Source: Candidatus Woesearchaeota archaeon (GTDB lineage: Archaea > Nanobdellota > Nanobdellia > Woesearchaeales > JABIAG01). From it: 64,000 nucleotides of DNA. The notes under the pieces are model-generated. The model searched no databases. It saw only the letters and a list, made by a program, of their open reading frames with translations, and was not told the DNA's origin. Made by a program: the position numbers and the translations under genes. Location: the NCBI GenBank assembly GCA_018653365.1, contig JABIAG010000001.1, forward strand, positions 698,231 through 762,230, given 5' to 3'. Shown here in pieces: positions 31,230-40,498 of the stretch. How positions within the stretch are numbered: the stretch's first letter is position 1; every line of letters begins with the position of its first letter.

Positions 31230-31637
31230 ATGCCAACTGAAAGCGATGCTAACGATACTTCTACTAAAGAACCAGATAAAGAGCTGGCACGAGCAATTGA
31301 ACTTCTACCACAACATATTCCAGATTTGGACCCTAGCTCTACCGCATTTGATGTTATGGATTTAGGAGCATTCTGTCTTGAACACGGAATAGCTTGTAAA
31401 AAAAATTATGCTGGAACACCCGTATTAGTACCTGTTGATCCCAAAGGAGAAAAAATTTATGATCTTGAAATCGAGGGAGCTACACACCTAAGAAGACTCC
31501 CTCAAACCAACGCATGGGTGGACAAAGACGTTCTTCATGATGCAGGAATTGAATACGAAGCAGGCTTTTTAGCAAAAAAAGAACCTAAAGTGAGAAAATT
31601 TCCTGACGCATATCTTGTTGAAAGATGTCAAGAATGA
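31230..31637 (+). CDS. hypothetical protein
   Basis: 135-aa ORF with an upstream TTTAAATA box. Confidence 0.55.
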   Translation: MPTESDANDTSTKEPDKELARAIELLPQHIPDLDPSSTAFDVMDLGAFCLEHGIACKKNYAGTPVLVPVDPKGEKIYDLEIEGATHLRRLPQTNAWVDKDVLHDAGIEYEAGFLAKKEPKVRKFPDAYLVERCQE

Positions 31638-31882
31638 TTAGTTTGATTTATTATTTCTGAGCCTTCTGGAAGCCACTCTTGATCAATAATATGGCCTGTA
31701 ATATCTTTTATATTCTTACCTAAATGAAACACCCAACGTGCAAACTTAAAAACAAACTCTGTACGACCCTCTCCTTCTTTTAAATCAAGATCATCAGTTT
31801 TAACAATAACATAACCTCCGATAATAAGAAAAAGAATCACTGCAACAGGCCAAAGTTTCATAAGATTATATTCCCCCGCCAT
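31628..31882 (-). CDS. small membrane protein
   Basis: N-terminal TM; overlaps the RNase H gene end. Confidence 0.65.
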   Translation of the reverse strand: MAGEYNLMKLWPVAVILFLIIGGYVIVKTDDLDLKEGEGRTEFVFKFARWVFHLGKNIKDITGHIIDQEWLPEGSEIINQTNHS

Positions 31883-32486
31883 TATTTAAGTTTTCTTGTT
31901 TTGTAGTGTTCATAACTGCCTGAACATTACGAAAAGAGGTTTTAGTAAACTTAGTAAAATCTAATTTTTTATCCCTTAACCTAACTAAAGCATCAAGAAC
32001 ATGTGTTGAACCCAGGGGAAGTTTGAAACCTGCCCTAATAGACAATTCTTGCATTTGTTTAAGTGCTTCTGCCCTAGCTACAATTGAGGCTGCAGCAACC
32101 TCAACAAACTGATCTTCAGCCTTAGTTAAACAATTAGCACCATCAACCTTACAACCAGGGTACTGATCAACAATAACCTCTTCTGAAGCAGACTTAAGGG
32201 TGTTAGTACACTTTGTGTGTAACTTGTTTAAAACCCCCGTAAGACTATATAACGCAACCTCTTTATTAAATTCTTCAGGAAAGAAATTAACAAAAAAAAC
32301 TTGAGAGACTTCTTTAATTCTATCCGCCATAAGCGAGATACGATGATCAGTTAATTTTTTAGAATCCTTAACGCCCATATCTTCTAGCAAAGCTCGAGTT
32401 GCATCATCTGCTTTAACAGCAGCAACAACCATTCCACCAAAAGTATCCCCTTTCAAAGATTCATCTGAACCAATTCTTAAAACCAT
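31866..32486 (-). CDS. ribonuclease HII/HIII-family protein (HIII-like DES-x-KGD motif)
   Basis: IGSDESLKGDTFG, GVKDSKKL, VAAASIVAR. Confidence 0.85.
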   Translation of the reverse strand: MVLRIGSDESLKGDTFGGMVVAAVKADDATRALLEDMGVKDSKKLTDHRISLMADRIKEVSQVFFVNFFPEEFNKEVALYSLTGVLNKLHTKCTNTLKSASEEVIVDQYPGCKVDGANCLTKAEDQFVEVAAASIVARAEALKQMQELSIRAGFKLPLGSTHVLDALVRLRDKKLDFTKFTKTSFRNVQAVMNTTKQENLNNGGGI

Positions 32487-32530
32487 ACAAACCAGATAAT
32501 TTAATAAGTATTTAAATTTATCTGCACTAC

Positions 32531-33217
32531 ATGAACTTAAAAGACTTGAAGAATGAGTTGGAAACGTTAAAAAGTGAAGATAACGTAGATCACAGATTTC
32601 ATAAAACAGAAAAGGGGAGTTATGCAGAGGATAGAATTTCAATAGGAATAACCACAAAAGATCAAATCAGGATCTCAAAAAAATATTGGACACTAAACTT
32701 AAACGAATTAGAAGAACTACTTAATTCAAAAATAAGTGATTACAAATCAATTGCACTAAGAACACTAGTTGAAAAATATAAACGAACAAATCTGAAAAAA
32801 GAAATTTATGAATTGTATATAAGAAATACAAAACAAATAAATGGATGGGACCTCGTTGACATCTCTGCATGGAAAATAGTCGGAAACTGGCTAATAGATA
32901 AAGATAAATCAAGATTGTATAAACTAGCAGTTTCTTCTGATTTGTGGGAAAGAAGAATTGCAATAGTATCAACATATGCGTTTATTCGAGAAGGGAGGAT
33001 TGAAGACACACTAAAGATTGCGGCAATATTACTTAATGACAAACACGACCTAATACACAAAGCCGTCGGATGGATGTTACGTGAAGTGGGAAAGAAAAAT
33101 CAAGAAATGTTAGACGAATTCTTAATGAAACATGTAAAACAAATGCCTCGAACTATGTTGCGATACGCAATAGAGAAGTTTGAAGAAACAAAAAGACAGC
33201 ATTATTTAAAGAAATAG
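32531..33217 (+). CDS. DNA alkylation repair protein (AlkD-like)
   Basis: WDLVD, WERRIAIV, HKAVGWMLREVGK, PRTMLRYAIEKF. Confidence 0.92.
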   Translation: MNLKDLKNELETLKSEDNVDHRFHKTEKGSYAEDRISIGITTKDQIRISKKYWTLNLNELEELLNSKISDYKSIALRTLVEKYKRTNLKKEIYELYIRNTKQINGWDLVDISAWKIVGNWLIDKDKSRLYKLAVSSDLWERRIAIVSTYAFIREGRIEDTLKIAAILLNDKHDLIHKAVGWMLREVGKKNQEMLDEFLMKHVKQMPRTMLRYAIEKFEETKRQHYLKK

Positions 33218-33261
33218 ATCATCATAAAGTTTTTATATTAAGAGATAAATAATACTAAAAA

Positions 33262-34132
33262 ATGACATGGGTATTTGGTTATGGTTCATTAATGTGGGAT
33301 TCTGTAGTAGATAGTTATAAAAAAAAAGAGTAATGGCCCCCTAAAATTTGGAGGGTATAAAGCAACATTAAAAAAATGGCATAGAACATTAGATCTTGTT
33401 TCCACTGGCGGAAGTTGGGGAGACAGAGGAAAACGAGTGCCAGTATTTGGAATGCAAAAAAGAGGAAAGTGTTTAGGTGTTGCATTTAACATGGAAGATT
33501 CTGAAATTAGAACTCTAGAAAGAAGAGAGGGTTCAGGTTATGAAAAAAAAGACGTTAAAATAGACGTTGAAGGTGTTGGAAGAGTAGACGGAGTTGTTTT
33601 TGTAACTGACAATGACAGCGAAAAGTTTATTGGAGATTTAGATCAAGGTGAGGTTGCACTCTTAACACTTCACTCCGGAAAAGGCAGAAAAGGAACCGGT
33701 GAAGAATACCTAGAAAATACACAAAACTACTTAGAAGATCAACTAGGTGAAGGAGATACATTAATAGATGACATTCTTGAAACTACCGAAGAAACTGAAG
33801 ACGATAGCATCTCAATGCAACTTCCAGTTTATGATAATGCAGGAAACATGAAACCCGATCAGATTGGAATGCCAAAAGTAGTAAGAGACGAACTAGAGGT
33901 TAGTCCAAATGATCACGTTATCGTAAAAGCAGGAGATAATACAAAGATATTACGAGTCAGAAGAGCTCCTTCAGACTTAGTATCTGGAGACTCACAAGCA
34001 CACACCCCTAAATTTATAACAATAAGTAGGGCAGTACGAAACGAACTTGGAACTAACACTGTTGCAAACAGAAGATCCACCCCAAAGTTCAAAACAATTT
34101 TCCAATCAGTTGAAATAAGAAGTGCTGGTTAA
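33262..34132 (+). pseudogene. ChaC-like gamma-glutamylcyclotransferase plus C-terminal double-psi-barrel-like domain, frameshifted in an A9 run
   Basis: MTWVFGYGSLMW at 33262; one A fewer in 33319-33327 joins it to ORF 33437..34132 (REG-x-GY; GRKGTGEEYL). Confidence 0.8.
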
Positions 34133-34174
34133 AAATTAAAGATTTTTATTCATTCTATGCCCGTTTATTTGAAA

Positions 34175-34447
34175 CTATAACCTTCTAGCTTCATTAAGAA
34201 CTTGTTCAGATTTTGGGGAGTTAAGCAGCTTAAAACCGACCGCTTGCAAACAAAGAAGTTCAATTTTAGCAAAACGTTCTGCCCCTGCAACCTTCGCAGC
34301 AACACCCTCTTCAAGACCTTCAGAATGTCGTTGATATGCTTCAACACCCCGATTTTTTAACACAATTGTATCAAATAACTCATCAAACCTACTCACACCA
34401 TACGTTTTACTAAAAAAATTAAACAATGCATCAGCATAATCATTCAT
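34175..34447 (-). CDS. hypothetical protein
   Basis: 90-aa ORF with an upstream TATA box. Confidence 0.5.
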   Translation of the reverse strand: MNDYADALFNFFSKTYGVSRFDELFDTIVLKNRGVEAYQRHSEGLEEGVAAKVAGAERFAKIELLCLQAVGFKLLNSPKSEQVLNEARRL

Positions 34448-34527
34448 TAACAGAGGTAAAGAAGGGTTTTTATAAAGATAACTCGAAAAGAAGTTAGTTT
34501 TTTAAAGACAGAACAGTTAACATTCTC

Positions 34528-34830
34528 ATGACAGAACCAAAAACTAAAACAAGACGACAAGAACTAGCAAAAGGAATTACACTAGGTCTCCCTTTACTAC
34601 ATATTGCACCAATAGCAGTTCCACTTATAAGGACTGCTAAAAATAAACCCTCCAGAAGACAACTCATTTATGCAGGATTAACTGCTGCTGCAATAACCGC
34701 AACATACGCAGTATTAGCACGGAACGGCATTAACGCCTACCAAATCCCTTTATGGACAAATGGACTTAGTGCAGCAATATACTTAATTGCTGGACGAATG
34801 GGGAGTGCCCAGTCATTAGACACACATTAG
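34528..34830 (+). CDS. small membrane protein, tandem paralog 1
   Basis: TRRQELAKGITLGL...ATYAVLA..G..AYQIPLWTNGL. Confidence 0.7.
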   Translation: MTEPKTKTRRQELAKGITLGLPLLHIAPIAVPLIRTAKNKPSRRQLIYAGLTAAAITATYAVLARNGINAYQIPLWTNGLSAAIYLIAGRMGSAQSLDTH

Positions 34831-34840
34831 ACAAATTTTC

Positions 34841-35247
34841 TCACTTGCAACCTTTTTTCTTTGAAAAGTAGACAGTTTTATAAGTTAATCTACGTTAACA
34901 ACCACATGCCTGAAACAAGAAGAGAAGAAATATTGGGAGGAATAAAACTAGGATTACTAGTTGCACACTTCATACCAACAACAATATCAAATTGCAATGA
35001 ATTTAAACCCGAACTTTCAAAAAGAAAATTAATTAGCACAGCATTAACCATCACTGCAACCGCTGCAACATACGCAGTTTTAGCATACAAAGGACTACCT
35101 GCTTACCATATTCCACTATTCACAAATGGACTAACGGCATTCATCTCAGGCATGAATTGGTGGGCAGAATGGGATGCAACAAGATATAGTTAAAAACTAC
35201 CTAAAGACTTTTGTTCACTTGCAACCTTTTTTCTTTGAAAAGTAGAC
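34841..35247. repeat. 33-bp perfect direct repeat (34841-34873 and 35215-35247)
   Basis: TCACTTGCAACCTTTTTTCTTTGAAAAGTAGAC; the second copy lies in the 3' end of rnhB. Confidence 0.9.
34906..35193 (+). CDS. small membrane protein, tandem paralog 2
   Basis: TRREEILGGIKLGL...ATYAVLA..G..AYHIPLFTNGL. Confidence 0.7.
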   Translation: MPETRREEILGGIKLGLLVAHFIPTTISNCNEFKPELSKRKLISTALTITATAATYAVLAYKGLPAYHIPLFTNGLTAFISGMNWWAEWDATRYS

Positions 35248-35834
35248 CAAGACTTTCTAATCAAATGAGAATATAACTTATTGTTCCAGTGCTCATCCAT
35301 AAATACCTTTGTTTTAGGATCAGAACAATAACCACTTCCAAAATCCATTTTATGAATATTTCTTAACTCTGCCATTTTTCTATCACGAATAACCTTAGCA
35401 ATAATAGAAGCAGCAGCCACAATAGCATACTTTTCTGCTTTGTGTTCAACAACTAATTCACAATCAAGATTTAAACGTGCTTTATGACGTTCAGTATTAA
35501 TATCAGGACAATCAACATATGCTTTATCTGGATTCAACTGCTTAAGAATTTCTGAAGTTTTAACTGCCTCAAGTTTGTTAAGATTAGAATTGGGGTTGCG
35601 TAAAATATTATCATCAATCTCTTCAGGATCAATTATGGATAGTTTGTAATCTTTAACTATCTTAATAATATCTTCATATAATGCTTCACGTTCTTCTTTT
35701 TTTAACAATTTAGAATCCTTGACATTAATATGCTCTAACTTAAGAAGGTCTTTTTTATCTATTGACGCTGCACAAATAACCAAACTACCAAGAACTGGAC
35801 CCTTACCTGCCTCATCAACCCCTGCAATAATCAT
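35190..35834 (-). CDS. rnhB: ribonuclease HII
   Basis: GVDEAGKGPVLG, KDSK, AAASIIAKV, GSGY-x-SDP. Confidence 0.95.
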   Translation of the reverse strand: MIIAGVDEAGKGPVLGSLVICAASIDKKDLLKLEHINVKDSKLLKKEEREALYEDIIKIVKDYKLSIIDPEEIDDNILRNPNSNLNKLEAVKTSEILKQLNPDKAYVDCPDINTERHKARLNLDCELVVEHKAEKYAIVAAASIIAKVIRDRKMAELRNIHKMDFGSGYCSDPKTKVFMDEHWNNKLYSHLIRKSWSTFQRKKVASEQKSLGSF

Positions 35835-35907
35835 AAACAAAAGTAATTTTGTTAGTTATATAAATATTTATGAAAAACTTATTAAAAACAACAAAGAATA
35901 CACCAAC

Positions 35908-36186
35908 ATGACTGGAATACATAACAACACTGAATGCGTAAGATGTGGAGCGTGCTGTGTGTACTTCATGGTATGTGATGAAGCGGATAAACTTGTTACA
36001 GAACCAGAAAAGAAATGTGAGTTCTTAGAATTTAATGAGGGAATTGCAAGCTGTAAAAAATACAATTCACGACCAAAAATGTGCAAAGACTTCTTCTGTT
36101 CAAGAGACCGACCAATATTCCAAAAAGAGGAAGGGAAAAAAATCTGGAATGAACTAAAAGAAGTAGCTGACAAACTTAAGAACTAA
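35908..36186 (+). CDS. YkgJ-family cysteine cluster protein
   Basis: CVRCGACC...CEFL...C-x2-Y-x2-RP-x2-C. Confidence 0.8.
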   Translation: MTGIHNNTECVRCGACCVYFMVCDEADKLVTEPEKKCEFLEFNEGIASCKKYNSRPKMCKDFFCSRDRPIFQKEEGKKIWNELKEVADKLKN

Positions 36187-37025
36187 CTTTTTAACAACTT
36201 CATAACAGCACCCATGTCTTTCCCCAATAATTTAGCAAGTTCTTTTGCACCTTTGTCAGGGTCAGTTAAAATAGTTTTAATTTCTTTTGCTTGCGCTCGG
36301 AAATCAGCGCTCTTAAACAATGCACCCCAATTATACTCTACTTCTTTGGGCTTATCTGCATTAATTGCGTCCGTCAACACCTTTTTAAATTTGTCAGACG
36401 GCTTACCATCACATTCTCTTCCGAAAGAAGCAACAACCTTGCTATGTTTACCATAAAAATTAGTGGTTTCGAAATCAAAATCAATACTACGCTCATCCAA
36501 AAAACCATGTAATGGTAACTTCAAGGGTTTACCTATATCATGAACATCCCCCTTTCCAGATTTCATCAACAAAGTAATGTGCGGATTAGTAAATATAAAA
36601 CTTGAATCTTCAATGCCGGCCAATCCCAAGATTTCATGAACTTTAACACGTATTGCATGAACCTCACTAGACTCAACTGCCGCCCAGACAACATCTGAAC
36701 TTTTGACATCGTGCTTATCAAATCCAATGCCCTTGATAGTGCATTTTCCATTAAATAACTTTTTTAATTCCGCATAAGCACCAGGATGCGTCCTAAGAAA
36801 ATTTAAAAGATGTTTAAACAACCCTTTATTAGATTGAAAAACCCCTGGATGAAACACACCAAGCGTAACATGAAACTCAGGTTTAACAACAATTTTCTTT
36901 GTTAAATCCTTGGCAACACCAAGAGAAGGTTCCTGTCTTGCAATAGAAATTATAAGTTCATTTAATTTATCCGCAGTTTTCTGATCAACCGGGACTCCCA
37001 ATACATACGCATCTGCACCAAACAT
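36183..37025 (-). CDS. 2H phosphoesterase (2'-5' RNA ligase-like)
   Basis: Two HxT motifs: FHVTL and PHITL. Confidence 0.7.
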   Translation of the reverse strand: MFGADAYVLGVPVDQKTADKLNELIISIARQEPSLGVAKDLTKKIVVKPEFHVTLGVFHPGVFQSNKGLFKHLLNFLRTHPGAYAELKKLFNGKCTIKGIGFDKHDVKSSDVVWAAVESSEVHAIRVKVHEILGLAGIEDSSFIFTNPHITLLMKSGKGDVHDIGKPLKLPLHGFLDERSIDFDFETTNFYGKHSKVVASFGRECDGKPSDKFKKVLTDAINADKPKEVEYNWGALFKSADFRAQAKEIKTILTDPDKGAKELAKLLGKDMGAVMKLLKS

Positions 37026-37097
37026 AATTTCATTAACAAATTTGAAATATATAAATTTTATGAAAACACTTAAATACCTTACTCAATCAGTTCTAAT

Positions 37098-37625
37098 ATG
37101 GAATTTGCATACTACGATAAACATATCAATAAGAAAACGAAGTTACGTTATGATGTTACTCCGCTTTTCCATGATCCAAAAGTATTTGCTAATCTCATAA
37201 CTGATCTAATCAAACCGTTTAAGAATAAAAAAATAGATGTGGTTGCAGGACTTGACGCATTCGGATTCATACTTGGAGCGCCAATAGCACTCAAACTCAA
37301 AAAAAGTTTTGTGCCAATAAGAAAAGGCGGGAAACTTCCAGGAATTAAAGGAACAATAATCAGAACATCATTCATAGACTATTCTAAAAAAAGAAAGTCA
37401 CTAGAAATAAGCACTAATGCCATAAAGAAAGGGGACAAAGTTCTTATTGTAGATGAATGGATAGAAACCGGAACACAAATGAAAGCAGCAATTCGACTAA
37501 TTGAAAAATTAGGGGGAACAGTAATTGGCATAAGTGTTCTTTGTTCACATAAAAATGCAAAAACCAAACCTCTTTTTGATAAGTATAATTGTCAGGCAAT
37601 AAGAAAATCAAGGTTTGGACAGTAA
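37098..37625 (+). CDS. apt: adenine phosphoribosyltransferase
   Basis: GLDAFGF, IRKGGKLPG, VLIVDEWIETG PRPP loop. Confidence 0.85.
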   Translation: MEFAYYDKHINKKTKLRYDVTPLFHDPKVFANLITDLIKPFKNKKIDVVAGLDAFGFILGAPIALKLKKSFVPIRKGGKLPGIKGTIIRTSFIDYSKKRKSLEISTNAIKKGDKVLIVDEWIETGTQMKAAIRLIEKLGGTVIGISVLCSHKNAKTKPLFDKYNCQAIRKSRFGQ

Positions 37626-37668
37626 TTAATAACATTTAAATAATGTGTTTACAAAATATACTAAAAAG

Positions 37669-38115
37669 ATGGTGAAAAAAAAGAGTGTTAAAAAGAAGAG
37701 TAAGAATTCTCGAGATTTAAAGAGTAAAAAAGATTTAAAACATATTATGAGCGGAAAACGAACCTTTGGACAAAAAGTATCTGACAACCTAACAAGAGTG
37801 GCAGGAAGTTGGGGATTTATAATATGGTTTTTAGTATTAATAGCAATTTGGATAATAATCAACATAACGTTAATTACAAAAATAACAGGAAGTGCACCCT
37901 GGGACCCATACCCATTTATTTTACTAAACCTGGGACTTTCATTGTTAGCTGCAATACAAGCACCAATAATATTAATGAGTCAAAACAGAACAACAGAAAG
38001 AGACCGAAGAAAAGCAGAAGCAGACCTGGCTGTTGATAGAAAAGCAGAAAGAGAAATAGAAGCAATACAAAAAGAATTATCAAGTATCAGAAGACTTCTT
38101 AAGAACAAGCTTTAA
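37669..38115 (+). CDS. DUF1003 membrane protein
   Basis: AGSWGFI, DPYPFILLNL, QAPIILMSQNR. Confidence 0.92.
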   Translation: MVKKKSVKKKSKNSRDLKSKKDLKHIMSGKRTFGQKVSDNLTRVAGSWGFIIWFLVLIAIWIIINITLITKITGSAPWDPYPFILLNLGLSLLAAIQAPIILMSQNRTTERDRRKAEADLAVDRKAEREIEAIQKELSSIRRLLKNKL

Positions 38116-38118
38116 GAT

Positions 38119-39003
38119 TTAAAGAACAGTAAGAACTTCACAACCATCTTTAGTAACTAAAACAGTGTGTTCTGCCTGACTAACAATTCCCTTACCAATA
38201 TCAATCAAAGGAGGATACGATTTTATTATACCTAATTGTTCAAATTGTTTAAGAGCAAGTCTAACCTTTATTTCAGAAAATTCCAACCACCTTTTAGTAA
38301 AAGGAAGGCCTTCATAAGAATCAATTTGTTGTAATATTTCCCTACCCATCCTAACGGGTTTAGAATCAATCTGTGAGAACAGAGTAGCATTACCTGCCTC
38401 TTTAATCTTGCCTGCACCAGTAGAAGCAAAAGGTTCAATTGCAAAAACCATTCCCTCCTCTAATTCAGTATCGTCTTCAGTATCAAAATTAGGAATAGTT
38501 GGACTGCAATGAATGTCATTATAATCTAACCCATGTCCCGAAAGGTTAACAACTGGATTGAACCCTGCAGACTCAATAGTTTTTTGAATAGTTCTACCAA
38601 TTTCGCCAAGAGTTGTTCCTGGTCGAATAATTCTAATTGCGGCTTCTAAAGCATCTCTTGACGCAGTAACTAAAGCAGCATTTTTTTCAGATAAATCAAC
38701 AGTACAAGCATTATCACCAATAGCACCATTAACAACAACACCAACATCAAGTTTAACCACTTGATCAGTTAACTCAATATCATCCTTATCAGGACAAAAA
38801 TGTGCAGCGGTTGAATTAAGGGAGAGTTGTGTAGGAAATGCAGGTTGTGCATCAAGTGTTCTAATTTTTTCATCCACCTGATTACAAACATCAAGAACTT
38901 TAGCACCCTTAACAATCAACAAACGACCAAACTCAAGAGCTTCAGCAGCAATCTTGCCTGCTTTACGCCAATCTTCAATGTTCTTAGTATAATGATCAGA
39001 CAT
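38119..39003 (-). CDS. map: type II methionine aminopeptidase
   Basis: AAHF, KLDVG, NLSGHG, AIEPF, QAEHT. Confidence 0.96.
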   Translation of the reverse strand: MSDHYTKNIEDWRKAGKIAAEALEFGRLLIVKGAKVLDVCNQVDEKIRTLDAQPAFPTQLSLNSTAAHFCPDKDDIELTDQVVKLDVGVVVNGAIGDNACTVDLSEKNAALVTASRDALEAAIRIIRPGTTLGEIGRTIQKTIESAGFNPVVNLSGHGLDYNDIHCSPTIPNFDTEDDTELEEGMVFAIEPFASTGAGKIKEAGNATLFSQIDSKPVRMGREILQQIDSYEGLPFTKRWLEFSEIKVRLALKQFEQLGIIKSYPPLIDIGKGIVSQAEHTVLVTKDGCEVLTVL

Positions 39004-39640
39004 TTTCAGATGTGATATACCCCTTCAATAATAGCCTGCCTAAAGTAGAAATACGAATGTCAGTTCTTCCTTTATTTTCTAGGGTATCTACTAACCCCAA
39101 CTCTTTCAAACCCTCAGATTTTAGATTTCCATTAACATGATAAGAAATCAGGGGCATACTCATACCCGTACGAGTAGCTAACTCATCCAAAGAGGCACAA
39201 CAAGACTCATCACCCAAGTGTTTTAAGATCTCCATTTTTTTATCAGTTAATAATTTGTAATATGAAAATTTTAGAACGGGTAATAATACAGTTTCTTCGT
39301 TTTCTACTGAAATCGCTTTAAGTCCATTAACAAAAGCAGCAGAGGTAACAGCACACTGAGTCAACCTATTTCCAGTAGCAGTATTAACAATAATCTCTTG
39401 ATCTTTTTCTAACCGTTTAAGTTCTGCAATCTTCTGAAAAAATGCTTCCCAAATACTACCCTCAATCTCAATAATCTGAGTAGCTATCTTAAACTTATCC
39501 AGGTCAACCTGAGTCTCTTTTGCCTTTTCCAACTGATTCTTTGTGGCCAGCAAAACAACTCGCGCTGCAGGAAACTCTCTCAAACCAATAAATAAGTTTT
39601 CCATATAATCTCCAACCGGAGCAATAATTAAATTCGTCAT
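38996..39640 (-). CDS. CARF-like/DUF6293 N-domain + wHTH transcriptional regulator
   Basis: Rossmann-like N-terminus (VNTATG), C-terminal HTH (SLDELA...ISYHV). Confidence 0.7.
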   Translation of the reverse strand: MTNLIIAPVGDYMENLFIGLREFPAARVVLLATKNQLEKAKETQVDLDKFKIATQIIEIEGSIWEAFFQKIAELKRLEKDQEIIVNTATGNRLTQCAVTSAAFVNGLKAISVENEETVLLPVLKFSYYKLLTDKKMEILKHLGDESCCASLDELATRTGMSMPLISYHVNGNLKSEGLKELGLVDTLENKGRTDIRISTLGRLLLKGYITSENV

Positions 39641-39783
39641 AATAAGATTAACCTAACCCGCTTTATAAAAGTTTAGTTAAAATCGAAGAAGACATTAACT
39701 TACCGGTCTCATTCTAAATAGTAAGAGATTGAACGCTCTTACTAAAACACAAAGTATTTAAACCAAAAATCTAAATAACACGT

Positions 39784-40470
39784 ATGATCTGGGTAGCAGC
39801 AATAAGTTTAGGAATAATTTTGTTTCTTCTACACTTCTTCAGCGATGCATTATACATTAAAAAAATAGAAAAAAGAACCCATCTTAAAACATTTGTAGCA
39901 GGAATATCATTAACATACATATTTCTACATTTAATACCTCAAGCACTTCCATCAGAAAATAATGAACTATTTTTTGCATTTTTCTTAGTAGGATTTGTAA
40001 TATTCAACATGTTCGAAAGCATGATATACAACATAAGAAGTTCAAAAAAACGACAAAGAGAACTAAAAGAAGAACACGCAACAGCATTTTTCCTTTACAA
40101 CTTTTTACTAGGAGTTTCTATTTTATTTTTCTTAAGACAAGACCTATTTATTGGCATAATCTTTTTCATTCCGGTTGCACTACATGCCTTAATAAGTGCA
40201 TCAGCCCTAAGAGAGATGCATACGTTAGTAAAACAGAATCAAGGATATAGAATTTTATTATCAATTTCAACACTCCTGGGAATGGCCCTTGCACTGATTT
40301 TTGCACTACCTGAAAATGTTTCACGTTCAGTAATTGGATTTGTAGCAGGGAGTTTATTGTATATAATCTTTAGAGACCTAATCCCAAAAGTAAATAATTG
40401 CAGAATGAATTACTTCTTAAGTGGAATATTTGTAATGCTTGTGCTATTAGCGATTAGCTGGATATTATAG
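39784..40470 (+). CDS. ZIP-like metal transporter-type membrane protein
   Basis: AGISLTYIFLHLIP, GFVAGSLLYI..DLIP. Confidence 0.65.
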   Translation: MIWVAAISLGIILFLLHFFSDALYIKKIEKRTHLKTFVAGISLTYIFLHLIPQALPSENNELFFAFFLVGFVIFNMFESMIYNIRSSKKRQRELKEEHATAFFLYNFLLGVSILFFLRQDLFIGIIFFIPVALHALISASALREMHTLVKQNQGYRILLSISTLLGMALALIFALPENVSRSVIGFVAGSLLYIIFRDLIPKVNNCRMNYFLSGIFVMLVLLAISWIL

Positions 40471-40498
40471 GAACATATAACTTAGCGCAAAATTAAAA

